Below, one piece after another: positions 14,128-24,189 of a stretch of 64,000 nt of DNA. The DNA is from a virus (taxonomy: Duplodnaviria; Caudoviricetes), in IMG/VR virus record IMGVR_UViG_3300027820_000029, positions 14,039-78,038 of that record, one strand, 5' to 3'. Every line of letters starts with the position of its first letter. Position 1 is the stretch's first letter. The translations under genes and the position numbers were made by a program. The notes beneath the pieces are model-generated. The model searched no databases. It saw only the letters and a program-made list of their open reading frames with translations, and had not been told where the DNA came from.

Positions 14128-14702
14128 AAACTAATTATTTATTACATAACCCCGTTAACTTAAATATTCCTGGTAGTTTAGATATAAATGGTACATATAT
14201 TTTTACTCATGTAGTAGGAACTGCTTCTGAGCGTGCAAATACTGCATTATCATTCTTAACTACTGGTTTAGTATGGGATGAAAATGATACTGGTGATATT
14301 TATAAATTTATTGGTCCTTTAGTTACTGACTGGATTCAAATTGGTACTGCTGGAGCTATTAATGTTAATCCATTACTAATTTCTGGTGAAGATCAAACAA
14401 ATGATGTCATTAAGGTGGAGGAGAGATTCGCTTATCATCATGTAGAGCCTTCACAGACAGCTGAGATTTTAGGGACTACAGGGGCAGCAGGTGATTTCTT
14501 GCACACTATCACCTGGAGGAACACAGGAAATGGTCAAATAACCATTATTGACGGATCTACAAATGTACTAGCGGTAGCCGGCATTGGCACACCAGCTAGT
14601 GTTCAGACTGGTACATATATTATTGATGCTGTATGCACAACTGCCTGGAAGATCACCACAGGTTCTGGGTGTGAGGTATTAGCTACAGGCAGATTTACCT
14701 AA
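14124..14702 (+). CDS. Putative virion protein
   Basis: Start moved to MKTNYLL (overlap with the upstream stop). Confidence 0.7.
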   Translation: MKTNYLLHNPVNLNIPGSLDINGTYIFTHVVGTASERANTALSFLTTGLVWDENDTGDIYKFIGPLVTDWIQIGTAGAINVNPLLISGEDQTNDVIKVEERFAYHHVEPSQTAEILGTTGAAGDFLHTITWRNTGNGQITIIDGSTNVLAVAGIGTPASVQTGTYIIDAVCTTAWKITTGSGCEVLATGRFT

Positions 14703-16168
14703 TGGCTGACTTCTTCGTATCCCAATCTGGTGCTGGATCCACAGATGGGTCTAGTCCTGCCAATGCGCAGGCTATTGGCTCTGTCACATGGTCATCTCAC
14801 CCAGGGAATGATGTCTATTTATTGGGGTTGATAACAACAGGTGTAAATGTCAATGCAGATGCCACTGAGGGTAACGAAATTGTTATCCGTGGTGATGGGG
14901 CTACTCCCGGTGTAATTACCGTAACAGGGGCGTATGGGATTTTATTCGCAGGCGATTGGATTATCCTGAAGAACATAACTGTTACAGGTTGCAGCACTTA
15001 TGGTATTAAGATTGCGTCTGCGGTAGATGTAACAGGTTCGACTATTGATAATTGCGAGATAACAGATAATGTGCAGCGGGGTATATCTTATTTGCAATCC
15101 AGTGGCACTGCAAAAACTCTCGATCAATTAACTATTACAGATTCCACGATAACGGGTAGTGGATATGAGGGTATCAGGGTCACGATAGAAGCAGCAGGTG
15201 CTGCCTCTGATAAGATTACGAATTTAACTATTACTGGGAATACTATTACTGGTAATGGTGGAACACTTTACGCTGGAATCCGTGTGGGTGATAGCGGTCA
15301 TGTTTCTGCTATTAACGAAACCCTAGTTATTGACAATAATACGGTATCGAGTAATCGAGGGATTGGTGGGGTTCTCATTATAGGGTTCACCGATACATCG
15401 TATGTTAGCAGTTTTTCCGGTAATACATGCAATGGGAACTTAGGGGTTCTCGGTGGGATGAATATTCAGGTATCGGCGTATTTCACAATTGAAAATAACA
15501 CATGTAACAATAATGAGGCGGATGAAGGCATTGATGGTCATGGTCTACTCATTGATGATGGCTGCGACAATATTATTTGCAGGCATAATTCATGTAGCGG
15601 AAATGTTGGCTATAGCGGTGCGGATATAACATCTGGGGCCGGGATAATGGTGTTATCTGTGACAAATGGTGAGATATACGGAAACCTGGGAACAGGAAAT
15701 CGAATTGGGATGATATTGGGTGGTGCGTCAGCCCATACATCGACTCGCATTTATAATAATACTTTTGTTAATTCGACTCATTATGGATTCATTGCGGGCG
15801 ATGCGATGGCAGATGATGTAGTTGAGATCAAAAACAACATTTTCACAGGTGATAGTGATGGGTTTTACGTCAATACCGGAACAGATCAGACAGATGAAGA
15901 TTACAACATCTTCTATGGGTTTGATACTCCGACTACAAACCATACCCTGGGGACTAATACCTTAACTTCAGATCCTCTTTTAGATGCTAACTACAAACCA
16001 ACTGTTGATTCGCCTGCTTATGAAGCAGGGATATTTGTATCTTCTATTAAGGATTACCAAGGCAGACCATATCATATCCCACCAACTATAGGAGCTTATG
16101 AGTTTACTTCTGGATTCCCTGCGCAGCCAAGAACATCAACTAATACTCGTATAGGCAGATTTACATGA
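14702..16168 (+). CDS. Right-handed beta-helix (pectin-lyase-like) protein
   Basis: Repeated IxNNTxxxN strands; C-terminal DPLL...DYQGRP...TIGAYEF tail. Confidence 0.85.
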   Translation: MADFFVSQSGAGSTDGSSPANAQAIGSVTWSSHPGNDVYLLGLITTGVNVNADATEGNEIVIRGDGATPGVITVTGAYGILFAGDWIILKNITVTGCSTYGIKIASAVDVTGSTIDNCEITDNVQRGISYLQSSGTAKTLDQLTITDSTITGSGYEGIRVTIEAAGAASDKITNLTITGNTITGNGGTLYAGIRVGDSGHVSAINETLVIDNNTVSSNRGIGGVLIIGFTDTSYVSSFSGNTCNGNLGVLGGMNIQVSAYFTIENNTCNNNEADEGIDGHGLLIDDGCDNIICRHNSCSGNVGYSGADITSGAGIMVLSVTNGEIYGNLGTGNRIGMILGGASAHTSTRIYNNTFVNSTHYGFIAGDAMADDVVEIKNNIFTGDSDGFYVNTGTDQTDEDYNIFYGFDTPTTNHTLGTNTLTSDPLLDANYKPTVDSPAYEAGIFVSSIKDYQGRPYHIPPTIGAYEFTSGFPAQPRTSTNTRIGRFT

Positions 16169-17838
16169 CCACAAGTTATTTGGATGTAAATGCTGTTGGG
16201 GGTGGTGATGGCACAGTGGGGACGCCGTGGAATTCTCTGCCGGATGCTGAGACTAATAAGGCGTCTTGGGATGAACTCAGGATAAAGCGAGGGACAGTAG
16301 AGAATCTTGCGGACTATGGCGCTGAGTCTAAGTGCACATTTTATAGTGGGGATTCGGATAAGACAGTAACGACATATTATAATGGTGATGGGTCTGATGA
16401 TATATCACAGCCAAAACCTGTTTTTGACCATTATCACACATCAGAGGCTGGTGATTGGACAGAGGTAGACCCTACAGATCCGACTAGCCTATCTCCTGGG
16501 TCTAATCTATGGATTTTAGATGGTGGAATAGCATCATATAACCCCATACAGGCAGTGTGGTTTGGGGATGACTTTACCCCGGGCCAGTATCAGTTAGAAT
16601 ATTGGACTGTTGTGACTTCTACGCTTACCGATGTGACGACGAATGTCCCTGCTCAAGCTTTTCAGTTTGATTGGTTTCGGGGAACGGCAGAAGACAATAA
16701 CCGGTTAATCGTGTATTCAGTAGGGAACCCCGTCACTTATTATGGCGCGGTGTACTGGAGTGCAAATACCAAAGATAGAGTTTTTGAAGCTTTCAATTCC
16801 GATAACATTGTGATTGAAAACCTGTGTTTCCGTTATACCTCCCTAGGGGTGTTTAATGAAAGTGCAACAGATTCAACTACAGTCACTGGTGCTATTGTAC
16901 AGGATTGTGCTTTTAATCGTTGTGGTACGGGGATAAGAATTGCCGGGGCGGAGGGAACCTCACGAATTATGGATAATGCGATAATCAGGCGCAATACATT
17001 TTCCGACATTTTGCGTGGGGGGATTTGGGTTAGAGGTGAAGTAAGAAACGCTCGTATTTATGGGAATGCCTTTACCTCTAACGGGCTGGCTGTGTCGACT
17101 GGGGGAGTATATTTTAGTAAATGTATTCCTGGTACTGGATATTATAATTATGTGTATAACAATACATTTACAGATATGACATATGGACGATTTTACAACG
17201 GTGATGGAGGGGGGATAGAGACTGATTCGCAGACCACAAATACACGGATATATGGAAATGCTATTTCTCGATGTTATCAAGCATGGCATGATAACTCGGG
17301 CAAGGAAAATTGGTTTTATTCTAATCTGGTAGACGATTGTGGAATGGTTTATTTCGCAACTGATGCAACAAGCCAGGATGGGAATAATGCGCACATTATT
17401 AATAATACCTGCACTAATTTAACTGTGGATAGCACTTACAATGATGGCGACCAAACGCCTAAAGCTGCGATCCAGTATTCACCTATGACAATTGCTGGAG
17501 GCGAGACAAAGAATAATATTCTTTCAGGCTTATCTGGTAGCGGGATTCGTCGTTTTGACGCGCACAGTATTACTGAAGACAATAATTGCTTCAACGGATT
17601 TGCAGTAAATGTGATTGATGAAAATGATAATGCGGAATCTATTGGTAGTAACAGCATATCAACCGATCCTCTTTTAGGCGCGGATAATAAACCACTAGTA
17701 GATTCCCCAGTCTACGAAGCTGGCGTTTACACTGACGCGATAAAAGATCGTAACGGTAGACCATATCATATCCCACCAACTATAGGAGCTTATGAGTTTA
17801 CTTCTGGTTTTCAACCTCAAGATCGTTTACTACGATAA
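16165..17838 (+). CDS. Right-handed beta-helix (pectin-lyase-like) protein
   Basis: IRRNTF, IYGNAF, VYNNTF strands; same C-terminal tail as 14702. Confidence 0.85.
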   Translation: MTTSYLDVNAVGGGDGTVGTPWNSLPDAETNKASWDELRIKRGTVENLADYGAESKCTFYSGDSDKTVTTYYNGDGSDDISQPKPVFDHYHTSEAGDWTEVDPTDPTSLSPGSNLWILDGGIASYNPIQAVWFGDDFTPGQYQLEYWTVVTSTLTDVTTNVPAQAFQFDWFRGTAEDNNRLIVYSVGNPVTYYGAVYWSANTKDRVFEAFNSDNIVIENLCFRYTSLGVFNESATDSTTVTGAIVQDCAFNRCGTGIRIAGAEGTSRIMDNAIIRRNTFSDILRGGIWVRGEVRNARIYGNAFTSNGLAVSTGGVYFSKCIPGTGYYNYVYNNTFTDMTYGRFYNGDGGGIETDSQTTNTRIYGNAISRCYQAWHDNSGKENWFYSNLVDDCGMVYFATDATSQDGNNAHIINNTCTNLTVDSTYNDGDQTPKAAIQYSPMTIAGGETKNNILSGLSGSGIRRFDAHSITEDNNCFNGFAVNVIDENDNAESIGSNSISTDPLLGADNKPLVDSPVYEAGVYTDAIKDRNGRPYHIPPTIGAYEFTSGFQPQDRLLR

Positions 17839-19133
17839 TGAAAATCTCTCGTGATAATATTAGTGATACTTCTATTACAGAATATCCTGTAAAAGAACGC
17901 CTAATAAAACTAGATATAAGTAAGTACTTACAACTAATAGATATTGAACCTGTCCCGCCACAAATAGCTTTTATAAATGCTATTAATAATCCTGAATATA
18001 GATTTATTACTGCAGTATTAAGTAGACGTACAGGTAAAAGTTTTATAGCTAATGTAATCGGTCACTTAATTACTTTAATACCCGGATGTAATATATTAGT
18101 TATAGCACCAAACTATGCTCTTTCTAGTATTTCTTGGGATAATCAGAAAAAACTATTAACAGCTTTTGGTGTAGAAGTACAAAAATCAAATGCCAAAGAT
18201 AAGATAATAGAATTAAAAAATGGGTCAACAATTAGAATGGGCTCTGTAGGACAGGTAGACTCTGTAATCGGACGCAGTTATGATTTAATTATATTTGATG
18301 AATGTGCTGTTAATAATGATGGAGCAGATGCATTTAATGTTCAGTTGTGCCCTACATTAGATAAAGTAAATAGTAAAGCTATTTTTATTAGTACACCTCG
18401 CGGTAATAATTGGTTTCACGAATTTTATAAACGTGGATTTTCAAATAATTTTCCCACTTGGGCTTCTATACTTAGTACATATCATGATAATCCTAGAACA
18501 GATTTACAAGCTATAGAAGATGCAAAAGCATCAATGAGTCGCGCTGAATTCGCACAAGAACATTTATGTGAATTTATAGCATTAGAAGGTCAAATATTTA
18601 ATCTTAATAAGACTCAAATAGTAGATATAGATATATCTACTTTAGAAGTATTAGATGTAGTAGCTGGATTGGACTTAGGATTTAGAGATCCAACAGCTTT
18701 TATTGTTGCTTTAACAGATGGTTATAATTACTATTTAGTTGATGAATATTTAAATAACGAATCTGGTACATCTGAGTACGCTAAGATGATACAAGATAAA
18801 ATTTCAGAACATAATATTGATTTTATCTATATTGATTCAGCTGCACAACAAACACGCTATGACTTAGCATATGATTATGATATTACTACTATAAATGCTA
18901 AGAAATCAGTAAATGATGGTATTGGATATTTATCATCACTGGTAGATCATGATAGAATATTCATCTCTTCTAGTTGTACTAATATAATAGATATGTTTGA
19001 TAATTATCGATGGGATCCTAGAGAAGGATTACTAGCAGAACGCCCATTACATGATAAGTATTGTCATATTGCAGATGCGGTAAGATATGCTTTATATACT
19101 CACTCACATAATTTAGAAACTATAGGCAGCTAG
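17838..19133 (+). CDS. terL: Terminase large subunit, T5-like
   Basis: Walker A SRRTGKS, Walker B IIFDE, ISTPRG, nuclease GLDLGFRD and HIADAVRY. Confidence 0.95.
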   Translation: MKISRDNISDTSITEYPVKERLIKLDISKYLQLIDIEPVPPQIAFINAINNPEYRFITAVLSRRTGKSFIANVIGHLITLIPGCNILVIAPNYALSSISWDNQKKLLTAFGVEVQKSNAKDKIIELKNGSTIRMGSVGQVDSVIGRSYDLIIFDECAVNNDGADAFNVQLCPTLDKVNSKAIFISTPRGNNWFHEFYKRGFSNNFPTWASILSTYHDNPRTDLQAIEDAKASMSRAEFAQEHLCEFIALEGQIFNLNKTQIVDIDISTLEVLDVVAGLDLGFRDPTAFIVALTDGYNYYLVDEYLNNESGTSEYAKMIQDKISEHNIDFIYIDSAAQQTRYDLAYDYDITTINAKKSVNDGIGYLSSLVDHDRIFISSSCTNIIDMFDNYRWDPREGLLAERPLHDKYCHIADAVRYALYTHSHNLETIGS

Positions 19134-19137
19134 TAGT

Positions 19138-20748
19138 ATGGCTCAGCTTAAATACCCAATTTCAGATAGAGCAACTGACTCGTGGACAACAACTCCTTTA
19201 TGGAGTGATGTTGATGATCAATCAGATGCGGACTGGATATCCAGTCCTACGTCGGGTAGTAATAATGCCTGTGATCTTAATATTGATGCTTTAGAAGATC
19301 CTGAAGCTGACGATATTGTTGTTTATTACCGTGCTCAGCGTGCATCTGGCGGCGCTGCAATCCGTCTTGACGTATACACCGTTGACGATGGGCTTATCCA
19401 TACAGGAACACAGCAAGGTCCTGGTAGTTCATTTGCTGAGTACACAGAAACACTAACAACTGGTGAACGCCAAAACATAACAGACTGGGACGGTCTGTAT
19501 GTTCGCATTACGCAAATCGCTAACAATAAAGGTGTATTGGTTTCTGCTGTCTGGGTAACAGCACCTGATGCCCCTACACCTACTCCTTATTCAATAGATG
19601 CTACATCTGGAACGTATACTTTAACTGGCAGCACTACTGCCCTTAGCAAAGCTTACTCTTTGGCTAGTGCATCTGGGGTATATACTCTTAGTGGTACTAC
19701 TGTAGATTTTAATACTGGATATGTATTAGATGCTACATCTGGAACGTATACTCTTAGCGGTACTACTGCCTCTCTTAAAGGTGCTCTTAGTTTAGCTGGT
19801 GCTTCTGGAACGTATACACTTAGTGGTACTACTGTTGGATTAGATACTGCTTATACATTAGATGTAGACTCTGGAACGTATACTCTTAGCGGTATCACTG
19901 TAGATCTTAATAGTACTTATACATTAGATGTAGACTCTGGAACGTATACTCTTAGCGGTAGTGATGTAGCTCTTAATAGTACTTATACATTAGATATAGA
20001 CTCTGGAACATATACTCTTAGCGGTAGTGATGTAGCTCTTGAAACCGCTGGTGCTTATTCACTAGCTGGTGCTTCTGGAACATATATACTTACTGGTACT
20101 ACTGTTGATCTTAATAGTACTTATACATTAGATATAGACTCTGGAACATATATACTTACTGGTACTGATGTAGCTCTTGGAACTGCTGGTACTTATACAT
20201 TAGATATAGACTCTGGAACATATACACTTAGTGGTACTACTGTTGACCTTAGCGCTGAGCATACATTAGATGTAGACTCTGGAACATATACTCTTAGTGG
20301 TAGTACTGTCGACCTTAGCGCTGAGCATACATTAGATGCAGCATCTGGAGCACTTACTCTTAGCGGCAGCACTGTAGAACTAGAAACTACTGGTACTTAT
20401 TTACTAAATGCAGATACTGGAACGTATACACTTAGCGGTACTACTGTCGACCTTAGCGCTGAGCATACACTAGATGCAGCATCTGGAGCACTTACTCTTA
20501 GCGGTATCACTGTAGATCTTAATGGTGCCCTTACATTAGATGTAGATACTGGAGCTTATACACTTACTGGTACTGCTGTAGAATTAGAAACTACTAGTAC
20601 AGGTACTTATTCATTAGATGTAGACTCTGGAACGTATACACTTAGCGGATTTGCTATAGAATTAGATACTGCCCCTAGAACCTATGCCTTAGATATTAAT
20701 TCTGGTCGCGGATGGCATTACTGGCTCCGCAAACGTAAAACGGGATAA
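19138..20748 (+). CDS. Repeat protein: N-terminal globular domain plus 16 YxLDxxSGTYTLSGxxVxL repeats
   Basis: Repeats counted in the translation. Confidence 0.85.
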   Translation: MAQLKYPISDRATDSWTTTPLWSDVDDQSDADWISSPTSGSNNACDLNIDALEDPEADDIVVYYRAQRASGGAAIRLDVYTVDDGLIHTGTQQGPGSSFAEYTETLTTGERQNITDWDGLYVRITQIANNKGVLVSAVWVTAPDAPTPTPYSIDATSGTYTLTGSTTALSKAYSLASASGVYTLSGTTVDFNTGYVLDATSGTYTLSGTTASLKGALSLAGASGTYTLSGTTVGLDTAYTLDVDSGTYTLSGITVDLNSTYTLDVDSGTYTLSGSDVALNSTYTLDIDSGTYTLSGSDVALETAGAYSLAGASGTYILTGTTVDLNSTYTLDIDSGTYILTGTDVALGTAGTYTLDIDSGTYTLSGTTVDLSAEHTLDVDSGTYTLSGSTVDLSAEHTLDAASGALTLSGSTVELETTGTYLLNADTGTYTLSGTTVDLSAEHTLDAASGALTLSGITVDLNGALTLDVDTGAYTLTGTAVELETTSTGTYSLDVDSGTYTLSGFAIELDTAPRTYALDINSGRGWHYWLRKRKTG

Positions 20749-20756
20749 AACTTAGA

Positions 20757-21119
20757 ATGTCAGCAGGAACATTAAATTTAAATATAGAAAGAGGCAGTAT
20801 ATTTGCCAAAACATTAGTTTGGAAGGATGCAGATAAAAATCCTATAAGCTTAGCAGGAAAAAGTGCACGTATGCAAATACGTCAACGAGTAGATGATATA
20901 GCTTATATAGCCGAATTAACTACTGGAAATAGCGGCATAGTTTTAGAAAGTGGTTCAGTTACTGGACAAATACAATTATATATAGGTGCAGTTGAAACAG
21001 ATACATTTGATACTGATTTTGCTGTTTATGACTTAGAAATATACGAAAACGGAAACGCAAATAATGTTATACGTTTACTTCAGGGACAAGTTATTATTTC
21101 TGAAGGTGTAACTAGATAG
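20757..21119 (+). CDS. Small Ig-like virion/adaptor protein
   Basis: LNLNIERGSIF...PISLAGKSARMQIR...VYDLEI...RLLQGQVIIS pattern common in phage structural modules. Confidence 0.7.
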   Translation: MSAGTLNLNIERGSIFAKTLVWKDADKNPISLAGKSARMQIRQRVDDIAYIAELTTGNSGIVLESGSVTGQIQLYIGAVETDTFDTDFAVYDLEIYENGNANNVIRLLQGQVIISEGVTR

Positions 21120-21166
21120 ATTTATTTCGCTTTCGCGAAATTAATTAATAGAGAGAGGAAAAAAGA

Positions 21167-21592
21167 ATGGCAAATGCAAGTAAGTTTAATCAATTTGTAG
21201 AAGATTTAGGGCTAGGAGTACATAATTTTAATGCTGATCAATTAAATGTAGCTTTATATCAAGATACAGCATCAATTACTGCAGCAAGTGGACCACTTTT
21301 GGGTAATTTAAGTAATGAAGTAACAGGTACAGGTTATACTACTAAAGGAAAAGATATTACAAATACATGGTCAGAAACTACAGGTACAGCAACATGCGGT
21401 GCTTCAAGCCCTGCGGCATGGACAGCAGGAGCAAGTGATTGGGATAGTATTCAATATGCAGTAGTATTTAATGAAGATGCAACTGGGCCAGATGAATTAG
21501 TAATGTATTGGGATAATGGATCAACAATTGATTTAACAGCAGATGATACGTTTACCTTTACTATTACAACTAGTATATTTACTTTAGCCTAA
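21167..21592 (+). CDS. Putative virion structural protein
   Basis: KFNQFVEDL...HNFNADQLNVAL...LVMYWDNG family common in environmental phages; RBS GAGG. Confidence 0.75.
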   Translation: MANASKFNQFVEDLGLGVHNFNADQLNVALYQDTASITAASGPLLGNLSNEVTGTGYTTKGKDITNTWSETTGTATCGASSPAAWTAGASDWDSIQYAVVFNEDATGPDELVMYWDNGSTIDLTADDTFTFTITTSIFTLA

Positions 21593-21801
21593 TGCATGAT
21601 TATCATAAGTTTATTAGAGAGCAAATAAAAAAGAAACCTGAATTCCAACGCGAATGCTGTAGGGATATAAATAACCTACAGTATTCCGTTAAGGATAATA
21701 ATGTTTATGATAAAGTAGTATTAAGATGCAGACATTGTCATAAACTACACTATCATATGTTAGGAGAAAGCGCCCATATAGGTGCTAGGGTTAGGAGATA
21801 A
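21592..21801 (+). CDS. Small Cys/His-rich hypothetical protein
   Basis: CC and CxxC motifs; coupled start. Confidence 0.55.
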   Translation: MHDYHKFIREQIKKKPEFQRECCRDINNLQYSVKDNNVYDKVVLRCRHCHKLHYHMLGESAHIGARVRR

Positions 21802-21802
21802 C

Positions 21803-21982
21803 ATGTTACATGATTTAATCGAAACCTCGGAACACACAGACACCTTCTTCCACCACGGTACATCTGGTCACTGGAAAGACATTTTATCACCAGACCAAGC
21901 TAAGAGAATAGAGTCCGACCACAGGGAAGTGATGGAACAGTATGGCTATTTAGCCAGTAATGTGAGAGAAATTTATGCCTGA
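21803..21982 (+). pseudogene. C-terminal fragment of a sulfotransferase-like gene
   Basis: FFHHGTSGHWKDILSPDQAKRIE...VMEQYGY resembles the FFRKGxxGDWK...LGY sulfotransferase C-terminus; no N-terminal domain. Confidence 0.6.
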
Positions 21983-22331
21983 TTTAAGAGTGTATGGTTC
22001 AACTACTGGAGAGATGAATAATTTCTACTTTCCGTTTCTCGATCCTGATTCGTCGACCGGGGATTATCAGACTTCAGACCCGTCACCGTCATCATCTACA
22101 GATCTAATTTTATATCTGGATGGTGTGGCGGCAACTGGAGGTGCTGCGGCATCGAATGCCACACTGTCATTTCTGACTGGTGGATATGGGAAACTGGCAT
22201 TAGTCACTGCTCAGATGCAGGCCGAGATCATTGTGGCGATGATTGTTGATGCTACTGCTACCAAGGAATGGGTCGATACCTCCATCATCATCCACACAGG
22301 AGGTCATGCCAGTGCACTACATTCTGGTTAG
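21975..22331 (+). CDS. Hypothetical protein
   Basis: Overlap-coupled ORF. Confidence 0.65.
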   Translation: MPDLRVYGSTTGEMNNFYFPFLDPDSSTGDYQTSDPSPSSSTDLILYLDGVAATGGAAASNATLSFLTGGYGKLALVTAQMQAEIIVAMIVDATATKEWVDTSIIIHTGGHASALHSG

Positions 22332-24177
22332 TCTTTTATGTCTGCCATTTCTGGCTAATGCAGCTCCGACTTATTACTGTGTCTCCAGTAATGGGACTTC
22401 AGCTTGGGATGATGGTGGAGACAATTGCATTGGTTCAGTGGGTGACTGTACAGGTCTTACAGGAACGGCTGCCTGTGATTTAGATACAGCGAATGATGAG
22501 GCAGTTGTTGAAGATGTAATCTATTTACAAGCCGGAACATACGGTACTGGTGAACAGATACGTCCAGCTAGATCCGGGACTGATAACGATAATCGGATTA
22601 CATATCAGGCTTATGGTGATGGTCAAGTTACGATGAATTGGACGGGAACAGGTGGTTATACGGATAGGGGTTCAATTGCACTAGGAGAGCGTGATTATAT
22701 TACAGTAAATGGTGCAGGGCCTAGTGATGAGGATGGCACTAGAAGAATCGTGCACATACCTACAGGTTTTGTTTCTACTTACGGGAATGCGTGTGGATCT
22801 GAAGGGACGATAGTTAAAAATGTTGTTTTAGGTTATCGCAATGGAGGGGATGGAAGCATAACGGCAAGTCGCGGATGGTCTGCCTGTGCCAGCACTTGGG
22901 AAGGATCTTTTACGACTATATATAATGTATTTGAGAATAATGAAATATACGGTGAGCATGACGCACAAAATGATAGTACTGAGGAAACACAAGATTTAAT
23001 TCAAGTAGCAAAAGACTCAGATTATAACTTGTATCAAGATAATATAATAGATAGTGCATCACATGACGCATTGTATATTTCTAGTACACTAGCTACAAAT
23101 AATGTAGTCCGAAATAATGTTATTAGCAACGATTATCATACCGCCTGCGCTCTTTGGCACGCTGGAGGAAATAATTTATGGGAAGGGAATGAATGTAGAT
23201 CGTCTTTTGATTATGATCAATGGCCCGGAGCAACACCGGGGAATGCCCTTCAGTTATCAGCCCCTGATAACATAATTCGATACAATATAATACACAAAGG
23301 GGGAGCAGCAGACTATACGAGTTCGGCGCTTGGAGGGTTGAAAACAACATCGGGTACTAGTGGGGGTGATTCAGACGCGACTGATAATCACATTTACAAT
23401 AATACGATGGTAAAAAATCGTAACCATTCGTATGGGCTACAGTATGTTGGGACGAATTTTCTAGATTTAGGAAATAATCGGATGGTTAACAATCTACTGT
23501 ATGGAAACCCATATTCTGGCGTCTTAGTTCAATATGCTGGTGGATCACAAAATTTACCAGACGGAATCCGAGACAAGTGGTTTACTAATATGATCGGGAC
23601 TAGCAGTGGAACTGATTATATTAATGCTGCGGATTTAGGTGGTAGAAATGCTTCAGAAGCAGAGTCTCTGTCTGGTCCTACGTATCCAGAATTTACAGAC
23701 ATCATAACAGTTGATCCATTATTCACTAATTATAATAATAGTGATTACACGTTAACAGAGTCTAGTACGTTAATAGATCGGGGGACAAATCTAACCATCA
23801 TCACAGGATCAGATTCTGGGAGTGGAACATCACTATACGTAGCGGATTCAAAGTATTTTTATGATGTGTCAGGGTTTCCGACATGGATGGGTATGCAAGG
23901 GGACTGGATAGCAGTAGGGTCGAATTTATCTGGTAGTGCAAAGGTCCAGATAGCATCAGTTGATTATGTAAACAATATAATTACTTTAGAAAATAGCATC
24001 AGTCGTAATGTAGATGATTTGGTTTGGCTGTGGAAGGACAGTCGCGGGAATTTAGTTATTTCGGGTGATGCGCCGGATATTGGTGCGTTGGAATATAAAG
24101 CAGAAGATGGTGGCGTTATCACCAGTCCAGGCGTGCGTCCAGGCGTGCGTCCAGGTGTCAGGCCAGGCGTAAGATAA
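22312..24177 (+). CDS. Beta-helix protein with signal-peptide-like N-terminus and C-terminal (PGVR)n
   Basis: GTG start 8 nt after AGGAGG gives MHYILVSLLCLPFLANA/APTYY; beta-helix strands; APDIGALEY tail. Confidence 0.8.
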   Translation: MHYILVSLLCLPFLANAAPTYYCVSSNGTSAWDDGGDNCIGSVGDCTGLTGTAACDLDTANDEAVVEDVIYLQAGTYGTGEQIRPARSGTDNDNRITYQAYGDGQVTMNWTGTGGYTDRGSIALGERDYITVNGAGPSDEDGTRRIVHIPTGFVSTYGNACGSEGTIVKNVVLGYRNGGDGSITASRGWSACASTWEGSFTTIYNVFENNEIYGEHDAQNDSTEETQDLIQVAKDSDYNLYQDNIIDSASHDALYISSTLATNNVVRNNVISNDYHTACALWHAGGNNLWEGNECRSSFDYDQWPGATPGNALQLSAPDNIIRYNIIHKGGAADYTSSALGGLKTTSGTSGGDSDATDNHIYNNTMVKNRNHSYGLQYVGTNFLDLGNNRMVNNLLYGNPYSGVLVQYAGGSQNLPDGIRDKWFTNMIGTSSGTDYINAADLGGRNASEAESLSGPTYPEFTDIITVDPLFTNYNNSDYTLTESSTLIDRGTNLTIITGSDSGSGTSLYVADSKYFYDVSGFPTWMGMQGDWIAVGSNLSGSAKVQIASVDYVNNIITLENSISRNVDDLVWLWKDSRGNLVISGDAPDIGALEYKAEDGGVITSPGVRPGVRPGVRPGVR

Positions 24178-24189
24178 AGGGATAGACTA

